The notes beneath the pieces were generated by a model. The model had not been told where the DNA came from. It ran no database searches and worked only from the letters and a program-made list of their open reading frames with translations. This document shows, in pieces, positions 1 to 8,780 of a stretch of DNA of 46,921 bases. The stretch is from positions 238,812 through 285,732 of the forward strand of contig JAAOYA010000001.1 of assembly GCA_018221105.1 (NCBI GenBank), written 5' to 3'. The stretch's first letter is position 1. Each line of letters starts with the position of its first letter. Position numbers and translations under genes: made by a program. The DNA is from Candidatus Woesearchaeota archaeon (lineage in GTDB: Archaea > Nanobdellota > Nanobdellia > Woesearchaeales > JAAOYA01).

Positions 1-2
1 GT

Positions 3-869
3 ATTTTATCAAAAAACACTTATTTGCCGCTCAGCCCTGCAGCTTTCACTATTGGTCATGATAAACTATTATCACAATTAAAATTACAACAGGCTGACTT
101 GTTAATGCCTAACACTTACTTGGCAGCCAGCATTAAAAGTGCTAAGAATTTGCTTGACAAACTAAACTATCCAATAGTCTTGAAGTTTCCTCGTGGAACA
201 CAAGGCAAGGGAGTGATGTTTGCTGATTCTAAAAATAGTGCAGTATCTTTATTGGATGCTTTTTCAACTCTTAAACTGCCAGTTTTAATACAAGAGTTCA
301 TTGACACTGAAGGAAGCGATATTAGAGCTTTTGTTATTGGTGATAAAGTTGTTGGTGCAATGGTGCGCCAGGCAAAAGATGGCGAGCAAAGAGCTAACAT
401 TCACCTTGGAGGTGTTGGCAAGCAAGTATTGCTTGAGCCAATAGCCAAAAAATTAGCTGTTAGCGCTGCAAAAGCTATTGGAGCGCAAGTTTGTGGTGTT
501 GACTTGTTGCAAACGCACACTGGCCCAGTGATTTTAGAAGTGAATTTGTCGCCCGGAATAACTGGAATTAGTGGCGCTACAAAAATTGATTTTGCAAAAA
601 AAATTGCTGAATACTTATTTGAGAAAACTAGAGAGTTCAAAAAAGATTATAATGTTAACGGCTCAAAAAACTTGTTCTCAGACCTTGGCATTAGCAAAGG
701 AGTTGCATTAATTGACAAAGAATTATTAATGCCCCTACAATTTAAAGGTGACAGTGTACTATTGCCAGAGCACCTTGTGAGAACTGCTGGTTTTGAAGAA
801 AACACTACCTATCACGTGCTAGTAGAAAAAGGCCGTTTAACAATAAAAACTTCTAAGAGTCCCAATTAA
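3..869 (+). CDS. rimK: RimK/LysX-family ATP-grasp alpha-L-glutamate ligase, 5'-truncated by window edge, with C-terminal AbrB-like extension
   Basis: ATP-grasp motifs YPIVLKFPRGTQGKGV, LIQEFI, DIRAFVIG, RANIHLGG, GVDLL, ILEVNLSPG; frame is open back to position 3. Confidence 0.85.
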   Translation: MLSKNTYLPLSPAAFTIGHDKLLSQLKLQQADLLMPNTYLAASIKSAKNLLDKLNYPIVLKFPRGTQGKGVMFADSKNSAVSLLDAFSTLKLPVLIQEFIDTEGSDIRAFVIGDKVVGAMVRQAKDGEQRANIHLGGVGKQVLLEPIAKKLAVSAAKAIGAQVCGVDLLQTHTGPVILEVNLSPGITGISGATKIDFAKKIAEYLFEKTREFKKDYNVNGSKNLFSDLGISKGVALIDKELLMPLQFKGDSVLLPEHLVRTAGFEENTTYHVLVEKGRLTIKTSKSPN

Positions 870-1863
870 TAACAGCTTTTGCAATTCTAGTAACATAATT
901 CTCATAACGCTGCAATTTTTCAAGTATTGAAGAAATTTTAGCGCTGAACTTTTGAGACCCTTTAGGGTGTTGTTTACACGCCAGGCGATGCTCTAATAAT
1001 GCTTCAATATCTTTCATCATCTCACTTTTTTTTGCCAGTGCAGCAAAAGAAGCTGTTTTTTTACGCTTGTAAAACTCATTCAATATATTCAAATAAGTCT
1101 TGTTAATCTCATCAAGCAGCACGATAAATTCTTTGTGACAAGGGTTTTTTGTGTTCTTGCAATCCTCAAACAAAATATATTGTGTTTCAGCAAGCAACCT
1201 AGCAAGTCTTTTTATTTGATCAGCTGTTGACTCTAAAGCTTCAATAACCCTAAAATAGTTTATTGCATCTTTAAAGCGTATTTCTACTTGGCTTGCAAGA
1301 CTCGGGTGTTGCATTACTTTATTGAGTATTTTATGTCCTACAATAAATAATCTGTTGACGTCTTCGTCACGTTTTGCAAAATCTACTGCTTGGCGTTGTC
1401 TTATAGCATCATCCAAATCTTTAATCATTGAACGTATGATAACATCCATTCGTCGTACAATATTAATTATTGAAATGTCGTTCATGTTCAAAAAATCTTT
1501 AATGACAACCTTTTTTTTGCTTTGCTCCATTATCTCCAAAGCAATCATTTCACGAGTCGAATCCTTAATTATGTCTAAGTGTTTTTCGATGTCATGATCG
1601 ATTATTTCTATCACATTATAATTTCTGATGTATGCAGAAATTATGTATTTTCGCAAATATAACGGGTTGACAACTGTCAAATCAATAGTTTTGACCCTGG
1701 GCTGTATTTGTGCTTCAGAATTATTATCCACTACTAATTTGTCACCCTCAAAATGAATATTTACTTCATCGCCTTTTTTTAAATCGTGGTCTGTAATCCA
1801 ATTTTTTGGCAAGCTGATAACAAAACTATTACGACCAAATTTTATTAGTTTTCTTGATACCAT
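853..1863 (-). CDS. AbrB-PhoU phosphate uptake regulator family protein
   Basis: N-terminal RKLIKFGRNSFVISLPKNW (AbrB/SpoVT) followed by PhoU helical repeats (RDEDVNRLF, LESTADQ). Start moved to ATG 1863, preceded by a GGGGTG RBS. Confidence 0.85.
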   Translation of the reverse strand: MVSRKLIKFGRNSFVISLPKNWITDHDLKKGDEVNIHFEGDKLVVDNNSEAQIQPRVKTIDLTVVNPLYLRKYIISAYIRNYNVIEIIDHDIEKHLDIIKDSTREMIALEIMEQSKKKVVIKDFLNMNDISIINIVRRMDVIIRSMIKDLDDAIRQRQAVDFAKRDEDVNRLFIVGHKILNKVMQHPSLASQVEIRFKDAINYFRVIEALESTADQIKRLARLLAETQYILFEDCKNTKNPCHKEFIVLLDEINKTYLNILNEFYKRKKTASFAALAKKSEMMKDIEALLEHRLACKQHPKGSQKFSAKISSILEKLQRYENYVTRIAKAVINWDS

Positions 1864-1986
1864 AAACCCTACACCCCCAATAAAAGCATATAGCCAAATG
1901 CAAAACATATTAGCTATATATACTATATCGTAAATGTATATATATTTAAAAGTATCTATAGTATGTATAAACAAGGGGGTGGGTTT

Positions 1987-2148
1987 ATGACAACCGACTA
2001 TTACGAGTACGAAACATTCGAAGACGTTGACGAAGCACACGACATGTACTACGACGATTACGTAGAACACGAACTAGAAGCAGACAGTGTGAGCGGCTGG
2101 GAAGCAGCATTCATGCACGGCTACAATCGCGACATAGCAATACTATAA
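1987..2148 (+). CDS. Small acidic protein (E-x-AFM-x-GY family)
   Basis: ATG after GGGGGTGGG RBS; shares a motif with 2416..2607. Confidence 0.7.
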   Translation: MTTDYYEYETFEDVDEAHDMYYDDYVEHELEADSVSGWEAAFMHGYNRDIAIL

Positions 2149-2191
2149 ATTTAGTAAGTGTTAAAAATACTCAGTTGTATGAATTATTTTA

Positions 2192-2377
2192 ATGAAGAAA
2201 ACCGTTAGTAAAAAAGAGCATGATCGTGTTGTTGGACAATTGCACGAGGAATTACGACGTCAAACCGGGCTGATTAAACAATTAAAAGAAGAAAACCTGA
2301 TTCTAATAAAAGCAGCATTAAAACAAGCAACAAAAACTAGCGAGCTTTCAAAAAAAGTTACTACACAACGAAAATAA
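2192..2377 (+). CDS. Small basic coiled-coil hypothetical protein
   Basis: 61-aa ORF filling the gap between neighbours; heptad-like pattern. Confidence 0.55.
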   Translation: MKKTVSKKEHDRVVGQLHEELRRQTGLIKQLKEENLILIKAALKQATKTSELSKKVTTQRK

Positions 2378-2415
2378 CGAAAAACTTATAAAGTTGTTAT
2401 CAAAGTGCAAGTTTT

Positions 2416-2607
2416 ATGATGTTTCAAGAAGAACCAAAACCTGCAGAAAGCGAAGAAAACGTTTACTCAGAAGACCACCGCTCAGACATGGTCGACAATG
2501 ATGAGATAAGCGCAGAAGAAGAAGCTTTCATGAAAGGCTACGATGACGCAGACGACGACGAAGACAACAAAGAAGAAGAAAAAACAGAAGAAAACGAAGA
2601 AGAATAA
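2416..2607 (+). CDS. Small acidic protein (DEIS-x-EEEAFMKGY) with Asp/Glu-rich tail
   Basis: TATA-like cttataaa upstream; T-rich terminator-like run downstream; paralogous to 1987..2148. Confidence 0.75.
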   Translation: MMFQEEPKPAESEENVYSEDHRSDMVDNDEISAEEEAFMKGYDDADDDEDNKEEEKTEENEEE

Positions 2608-2686
2608 CTAATTCTTTTTAATTCTAATACCTGAAAGACTCTTGTTCAAACAATAATATTTTATATAATTTCTTTTATGCTTTAAC

Positions 2687-3298
2687 ATGCGTTTAGCTTT
2701 AGACTTTGAACCTTCAAAAGCATCTTTTGAAGAATTGTCAACAATTGTAAGCTCAATTCAGGGTGATTGGCACTACAATAGTGTTTTTGCTATGATTGAT
2801 AACAATCCTTTAACCAGAGCATCTATAGACGATATTTTAGAGGATGGTTGGAAAGTAGAATTTACTCCTTTGCCGTTTCAACTGGCCGGCATTGACTGGA
2901 AGTTAAAACTTATAAAAATTGAAAAACAATATCAATCTCCAAAAACCAGAATTGATTGTTATGTTCGAGATGTCACTTTATTTCATGAAGTTATACACAT
3001 TCATTATGAAAAACATGGTGACATGCTTGCCGACGCAACATTTTTTGATATCACACAAGAACGCAGAGTAAACGGAGCAATAGTAGAATGGCTAGCCAGA
3101 AAATCAAGAGCTAATTCAAAACTATTAAAAAAAGCAGTAAAAGGATTTGGTTTCACACCACTACAATACGACATTGCAAGTCTTGAAGCATTCAAACCCT
3201 ACACAGACATAAGACAAGAAACACTACCATTCAAAGAAAAAGAAACAACAACAGCAACAATTCCAAACTTCAACAACACACTAATGGAAGGATACTAA
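2687..3298 (+). CDS. Hypothetical protein with HExxH (zincin-like) motif
   Basis: TLFHEVIHIHY; TATA box ttttatata at 2659-2667. Confidence 0.6.
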   Translation: MRLALDFEPSKASFEELSTIVSSIQGDWHYNSVFAMIDNNPLTRASIDDILEDGWKVEFTPLPFQLAGIDWKLKLIKIEKQYQSPKTRIDCYVRDVTLFHEVIHIHYEKHGDMLADATFFDITQERRVNGAIVEWLARKSRANSKLLKKAVKGFGFTPLQYDIASLEAFKPYTDIRQETLPFKEKETTTATIPNFNNTLMEGY

Positions 3299-3346
3299 AA
3301 ACAAAGAAAATTCTGATACGTGAAAGACACTAAAACAAAAAAAATC

Positions 3347-4294
3347 TTAAGATACTTTTATTTTATGCTTTATCACTCTTTCTAACAAATAGTCTATCAC
3401 ATCTTCAGTAATATTAAAAAATAAGTTCATATCAAAATAATTAATTTCTTCTTTTTTATGATCTTTATCTTTTAAAATCCTATAAACTCCCTGAAAAAGG
3501 GATTTTTGAAGACTTCCGCAAATTTCATTAGAAATAAATTTTGCATCCTTTAGTTTTTCAATATTTTTTTCAGGTTGGTGTAATTGTGCCGGTTTTTCAA
3601 CAACTTTATCAGTGATTAAATAAAGGAAGTTTTCTATAACGCCTAATAAATCAGGAATTCCATCTTCTCCTCTTTCAAGTTTACTTCTTCCTTTTTCTAA
3701 TAGTTCTGCAATTTTATCATATTTATATTCTTTTAATGTATCGCTTATTTTAGTTTTTACATAATGAGACATTGCTTGAGGTGGTTCTATTGGAACTGCA
3801 TGAATCGCATCCATAACCTCTTTAATAAACTCTATGTTTGTATAAACTATATTGCTATGATCAAAATCAGATAACACAATTTTATTACTTAATTGAGCCA
3901 TTTTATAATAAATTACGGGAATAGAAATGATTTTAATACTTATTATATCTCTCCCATTCTTTTTTTCTGAAGTGAATCTAAACTGAACCTCAAAAGGAAG
4001 CTCATTACGTAACTTTCTCATACGTTCAAAATATAAGTTATTCGATAATTCGTCCTCAGAAATAAGTCTTAAAAATTTCTTAATTTGAAATTTTAAAGGT
4101 ATATCATCTTTACCCAAAAATCTCTGAAAGTTGATTGTTGAAAAACCATCAAGAGAAAATAAATCTCTTGTATCTTCAGGTTCATAAGATTTTTTACCCA
4201 TATAATTCATTATAATTCTTTTAATATCTTTAATTCGTTCAAATTTACCTGGAAAATAATATTTGCCCCGGATTATAATATTTTCTACTTGCAT
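3347..4294 (-). CDS. Hypothetical protein with helical C-terminal domain resembling Abi-C/HEPN folds
   Basis: 315-aa ORF in AT-rich island; C-terminal helical pattern ending KDKDH...FNITEDVIDYLL; fold call is inference. Confidence 0.55.
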   Translation of the reverse strand: MQVENIIIRGKYYFPGKFERIKDIKRIIMNYMGKKSYEPEDTRDLFSLDGFSTINFQRFLGKDDIPLKFQIKKFLRLISEDELSNNLYFERMRKLRNELPFEVQFRFTSEKKNGRDIISIKIISIPVIYYKMAQLSNKIVLSDFDHSNIVYTNIEFIKEVMDAIHAVPIEPPQAMSHYVKTKISDTLKEYKYDKIAELLEKGRSKLERGEDGIPDLLGVIENFLYLITDKVVEKPAQLHQPEKNIEKLKDAKFISNEICGSLQKSLFQGVYRILKDKDHKKEEINYFDMNLFFNITEDVIDYLLERVIKHKIKVS

Positions 4295-4426
4295 AAAAAA
4301 AAAGTATTAAAACAGATATTTAAGTCTTTAGAATTCACCGCATAACAGCGAAGGGGGAGTCCGTGCTACGCACATATGAGAGTTTAAAACCGAGTCAGAT
4401 TTTCTGTTTTTCCATTCTTAAAAAGA

Positions 4427-4436
4427 TTTATATAAA
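4427..4436 (+). promoter_or_regulatory. Archaeal TATA box with purine-rich BRE, for the PHP-ATPase operon (probably leaderless)
   Basis: aaaaaga-TTTATATAAA ending 20 nt before ATG 4456. Confidence 0.6.
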
Positions 4437-4455
4437 AATTGTCTTTAATATATCT

Positions 4456-7278
4456 ATGAATAAAGGTTCAATTTGGAGAAAATGGGATTTTCATCTACAT
4501 ACACCCTGTTCTATTTTGAATAATGGGTACGGTGATTCTTCTAAAGATGAAACTTGGGATAACTACATAGAACAAATTGAGAAAGTAGCAAAAGAAAAAC
4601 ACATTTCAGCTATAGGAATAACTGATTATTTCATGATTGAAGGATATAAAAAAGTTGAAGAGTATAAAGAAAAAGGAAGATTGGAAGATATCTTCATTTT
4701 TCCAAATATTGAATTCAGAGCAGACAAAATTATTACAGTAAAAAAAGAAGGAAAAACAACTGTCACAAAAAGAATTAATTTTCACATCCTATTTTCTCCC
4801 GATGTAGATATAAATACTATAAGAGAGCATTTCTTAGATGATATTGAATTTATTTATGAAGAGGACACCTTTTCTTCAGGTCAAAAAAGGAAACTAAAAA
4901 TAAGTAATATAGCAGAGTTTGGAAAAACTCTAAAAAGTCAACATAAAAAATTCAAAGACATGTCTGATTTATTTGTTGGTTGTATGAATGCCGTTGTTGA
5001 CCCTAATGCCGTAAAGGAGATATTAGAAAAAAATGATAAATTTAAAGGAAAATATTTGATTTGTCTTGCAGAAGACCATACATCTTTAATGGGATGGGAT
5101 AGTGCAGCTCATGGCACTAGGAAACAACTTTTACAGATGTCACATTGTGTTTTTTCATCAAATAAAAAAACGAGAGACTTTTGTTTAGCGACAGGTAAAA
5201 ATGTTAATGAACACCTTGCTGAATTTAAATCATTAAAACCCTGTATTTGGGGTTGTGATGGGCATGATTATAAAGATAGGTTTTTAATTCCTGAAAAGAA
5301 CCAAGAAGGAAAAATTAATTTTTGTTGGGTGAAATCTGATTTAACTTGGAATGGATTAATGCAAATATTATATGAACCAAGACAAAGAATAAGAATCCAA
5401 GAAGATAACCCTGAAACACAAAAAAGTATCCATACCCTTGATAAGATAAAAATTGAGGAAACTGAAATAAATGCTGGACTAAAAATAAAAAAAACAGATA
5501 TTGATCTAAATCATAATTTAATCTCTGTAATAGGTGGTAGAGGTTCTGGAAAAACTGCAATTCTTGATTTAATAGCTTCATGTTTCAAAGAAGGAGAAAA
5601 ATTAGAACAATTAGATTCTTCTTTTTATAAGAGACTTTATGGTAAAAAGACTTCTAATAAGCCAATTACAGTTAAACTAAGTACAAAATCTAAAAAGGAT
5701 GTTATCTCAAAGAAAATAGGAGAAGAAAAGAAGATTATTGACGAAGCAGATATTAGGTATATTACTCAGAAACATTTTGAAGGTTTATCATCCGATTCCC
5801 AGCAATTAAGTAAATATGTTTTTGATATTATCTTTGAGAAAAGTCCTGATGAGTTAGAACAATATTACACCAAAAAAGAAAGCATCAAAAATAAAGAAAA
5901 AGAGATTGAAAAAATTAATTTATCTATTCAACAATTATTAAATGAAATCAATGAAATTTCTGTTTTGAACGAAGAAAAGAAGAAAAAAGAAGGGGATAAA
6001 AAAGACTGTGAAGAAAGGATAAAGGAAATAGAAGATAAAGAAAAGATAGATGAGAAACTAGATGAGGTCGCTAAAAAACTTAAAGAAAAGAGGGATGAAC
6101 GTAAAGATCTTGAGAGTGCAAAAACTAGACTTGAGACTATTAAAACAAGTATGGAACAAATACATAACTTTAATTCCTTGGTGGAAGGATTTAATGATGA
6201 GTTTAGTGAAAAACTTAAGATTGGTAAGCTAGATATGTTTGATATTGGATTATTTGAAAAAATAAGTTCGAGTATAAAAACTAATGAAGAAACTATTTTA
6301 AAAAAAATAGAAGAAATAAGCAAAGAAATAGAAGAAATAAATAAGGAGTTTAAATCTTTTGAAGAAACTCATAAAACTATTAGTGAATTAAAGAAAAAAT
6401 TGATAACTATTAATGAAGATATCGAAAAAATAGATAAAAAAATAGAAGAAATGAAAGAGAAAGAGAAAGAAATAAAATCTCTACAAAATAATATATTTGA
6501 TATAACAAAAGAAATAATCAAAGGACATATAGAATTAAGTGATTTCTTAAATAAACATATTAAAAAAATTGAACAAGGAAAGAACGAATTGCTAAAAAAT
6601 CTAGACTTTTGCATAGTGCTTGAAATCGATAATAGTTCTTTCTGTGATAAGATAAATGAGCATGTGAACAATCAAACTATTTCTCGAAGGGAATTATCTT
6701 TAAATATAGAAAGAGAAATAATTAAACCCTTAAACGATATTATAAATGATTCCAAAGATGAATATGATAAACTCAAAGAAGGTTATGAGAAAGTACACGA
6801 AATTATAGAAGATAAGTTGAAAAAAAAGGTAAAATACGCCGAGGTTAATAATTCATTATTTGAAATACCTATAAATACAAAAATCAATATAAGTTTAGAT
6901 AAAATACCTTTAGAGAGTTTATCTATGGGACAGAGAGCTATAGTATTAATGCAAACTATACTAGCTTACGATGATAAACCTTTACTAATTGATCAGCCAG
7001 AAGAGGATTTGGATAATAAATACATCTATGAACAACTAGTATCAGCTTTAAGAAAAGCAAAAGAAAAAAGACAAGTGATAATAGCAAGCCACAATGCAAA
7101 TTTAGTTGTAAATACAGATTCTGAGCAAATTATTATTGCAGATTATAAAGATGGGGAAATATCTTATACGGTTGGCACTATTGAGAATTTAGACACACAA
7201 GGTAAAATTAAAAGCATTTTAGAAGGAGGAAAAGAAGCTTTTGAAAAGAGAAAAGAAAAGTATGGCTATAAATTTTAA
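4456..7278 (+). CDS. TrlF/Ppl-like protein: PHP phosphoesterase fused to SMC-like coiled-coil ABC ATPase
   Basis: PHP motifs WDFHLHTP, GITDY, GCDGH; Walker A GGRGSGKT; long coiled coil; signature LSMGQR; Walker B LLIDQPEEDLDN; H-loop ASHNA. Start moved to ATG 4456. Confidence 0.9.
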   Translation: MNKGSIWRKWDFHLHTPCSILNNGYGDSSKDETWDNYIEQIEKVAKEKHISAIGITDYFMIEGYKKVEEYKEKGRLEDIFIFPNIEFRADKIITVKKEGKTTVTKRINFHILFSPDVDINTIREHFLDDIEFIYEEDTFSSGQKRKLKISNIAEFGKTLKSQHKKFKDMSDLFVGCMNAVVDPNAVKEILEKNDKFKGKYLICLAEDHTSLMGWDSAAHGTRKQLLQMSHCVFSSNKKTRDFCLATGKNVNEHLAEFKSLKPCIWGCDGHDYKDRFLIPEKNQEGKINFCWVKSDLTWNGLMQILYEPRQRIRIQEDNPETQKSIHTLDKIKIEETEINAGLKIKKTDIDLNHNLISVIGGRGSGKTAILDLIASCFKEGEKLEQLDSSFYKRLYGKKTSNKPITVKLSTKSKKDVISKKIGEEKKIIDEADIRYITQKHFEGLSSDSQQLSKYVFDIIFEKSPDELEQYYTKKESIKNKEKEIEKINLSIQQLLNEINEISVLNEEKKKKEGDKKDCEERIKEIEDKEKIDEKLDEVAKKLKEKRDERKDLESAKTRLETIKTSMEQIHNFNSLVEGFNDEFSEKLKIGKLDMFDIGLFEKISSSIKTNEETILKKIEEISKEIEEINKEFKSFEETHKTISELKKKLITINEDIEKIDKKIEEMKEKEKEIKSLQNNIFDITKEIIKGHIELSDFLNKHIKKIEQGKNELLKNLDFCIVLEIDNSSFCDKINEHVNNQTISRRELSLNIEREIIKPLNDIINDSKDEYDKLKEGYEKVHEIIEDKLKKKVKYAEVNNSLFEIPINTKINISLDKIPLESLSMGQRAIVLMQTILAYDDKPLLIDQPEEDLDNKYIYEQLVSALRKAKEKRQVIIASHNANLVVNTDSEQIIIADYKDGEISYTVGTIENLDTQGKIKSILEGGKEAFEKRKEKYGYKF

Positions 7279-7281
7279 AAA

Positions 7282-7602
7282 ATGAAAGAAGAAATTAAAG
7301 AATTTGTTTCAAGCAGTATAAAGCAAATACAAGATGCATTGTCTGAGGGATTTATTTTAGATACTAAATTAGATTTTGATATTTCAGTTTCAACAAAGTT
7401 AGATGTAGATGGTAAAATTGATATCAAACTTGCAGGCATTGGTTCTAACCTACAACAATCAAACACTCACAGATTAAAATTTTCAATAATTGATGAAATA
7501 GCCCAAGAAAAATTATCTAAACAAAGTCTTCAAATGATAAATGGTTTTTTTACAAATATGGTAAAATTAAGTCAAGAATATGAACAAATTGATAATAAAT
7601 AA
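7282..7602 (+). CDS. Small protein resembling Trypco2-type conflict-system domain
   Basis: Helix IKEFVSSSIKQI, then strands LDFDISV...GKIDIKLAGIG...HRLKFSI; starts 3 nt after ATPase stop. Confidence 0.5.
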   Translation: MKEEIKEFVSSSIKQIQDALSEGFILDTKLDFDISVSTKLDVDGKIDIKLAGIGSNLQQSNTHRLKFSIIDEIAQEKLSKQSLQMINGFFTNMVKLSQEYEQIDNK

Positions 7603-7615
7603 TTATGAGGTAAAA

Positions 7616-7735
7616 ATGGCTACGAAAACTAAGAAAACTAAAAAACGTGCTACGCCTAGAAAACGTGTCACTTTCTATGTTCAAGAGAAAGGTAAAAAAC
7701 GAAAGAAAAAGGTTTCTTTTTTAGCAAGAAGGTAA
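7616..7735 (+). CDS. 39-aa highly basic microprotein MATKTKKTKKRATPRKRVTFYVQEKGKKRKKKVSFLARR (absent from ORF track)
   Basis: GAGGT RBS at 7607-7611, ATG 7616, TAA 7733-7735, next ATG at 7737. Confidence 0.7.
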   Translation: MATKTKKTKKRATPRKRVTFYVQEKGKKRKKKVSFLARR

Positions 7736-7736
7736 A

Positions 7737-8222
7737 ATGGTTACTGAATATCACAAAAGAATCGAAGACGAATTGTTAAAGTATGGACAAGAATTAGTCT
7801 TGAATAAAAAGATTAGGAAGGTATATCAAGGTAATAAAAGTCCTTTAAGCATTGTTGATCCTAAAACTAAAATGATAGTTAACTATCAACCAGACATATA
7901 TTTTATTCTTAAGAATAATAAAAAACTGATTATTGAAATATTAGATAGTGAAGAAAAGAAACAAGATATAATCATTGCAGACATTATACGTTCAATACTT
8001 GTTGAAAATGTAAATACTATTGCATTCATTTTTCCTGGTGATATCAAGGATGAACAAACGATTATAGCAGCATTAAAAACTATATATAAAGGTCTTACCC
8101 ATTTAGGAATAAAATTAAAAGATTTACCAGATGATAAAAAAACTGGTCCTTATTCTATTACTAGAACAATAGCAGGAAATAAAGTGAGATTAAAGGAAAA
8201 GATAAGAGAATACTTTCCTTAG
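7737..8222 (+). CDS. PD-(D/E)XK-like nuclease-fold protein
   Basis: N-terminal EYHKRI helix; YQPDIYF...KLIIEILD; canonical Lys not evident. Confidence 0.5.
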   Translation: MVTEYHKRIEDELLKYGQELVLNKKIRKVYQGNKSPLSIVDPKTKMIVNYQPDIYFILKNNKKLIIEILDSEEKKQDIIIADIIRSILVENVNTIAFIFPGDIKDEQTIIAALKTIYKGLTHLGIKLKDLPDDKKTGPYSITRTIAGNKVRLKEKIREYFP

Positions 8223-8360
8223 AATTTTTTAGAACGCCCCCTGTCCTACGGATATATAGTCTTGACTTCGAGAAAAAGATTTTTTCTATTATTAATTGTG
8301 CAATCCTATCACCACGCTAATCTTGTTTTTTTCTTTTGTTTTTAGAATGTGTTTTGTTTT

Positions 8361-8780
8361 TTATTCGAATGGTTCTTTTTCTGGTATGTAGTCTGCTATT
8401 TTGAATAGTGTTTGTTCTTCGAATGATATTCTGTTTTTTATTCCTTCAATGAAATTGTTTATTAATAGCTTGCTTTTTGATAGTTCACAACTTTTGTTTA
8501 TTTGATTTAATGTTGTTACTTCTTTTGTGATAACTTCTTTTGATTTTGCTAGTTCTTTTAGGTCTGCTTTGTTTCCTAGTTCTTTATTGATGTATTCGTA
8601 GAATAGTTCTTCTTTTGTTAAATGGTTCATTATATACTTAGAATTGTTTTTGATGAATTTTTCGATAATGTTTAATACTGTTTTTTCGTTTTTTGCAGTG
8701 TTTGTTTTCTTTTCTAGTTTGTCTAATTCTTTAAGAATGTTTTTGTGCTCTTCTTTTAATACGTTAATATACGGTATCAC
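8361..8780 (-). CDS. Hemerythrin/HHE domain protein
   Basis: LKEEHKNI, NHLTKEE, ISFEEQTLF. Confidence 0.75.
   Translation of the reverse strand: MIPYINVLKEEHKNILKELDKLEKKTNTAKNEKTVLNIIEKFIKNNSKYIMNHLTKEELFYEYINKELGNKADLKELAKSKEVITKEVTTLNQINKSCELSKSKLLINNFIEGIKNRISFEEQTLFKIADYIPEKEPFE

Noticed and set aside
1864..2070. N-terminal extension of the phoU-like ORF in the track
   Set aside because: Overlaps the promoter and the divergent gene; RBS and domain start support ATG 1863.
5315..6671. Minus-strand ORFs within the ATPase
   Set aside because: Phe/Ser/Leu-rich shadows of the Lys/Glu coiled coil.
3296..8345. CTAAAAACAAA(A)GAAAA inverted pair around the island as terminal inverted repeats
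   Set aside because: Low complexity; A-rich tails follow other genes too; no transposase or target duplication seen.
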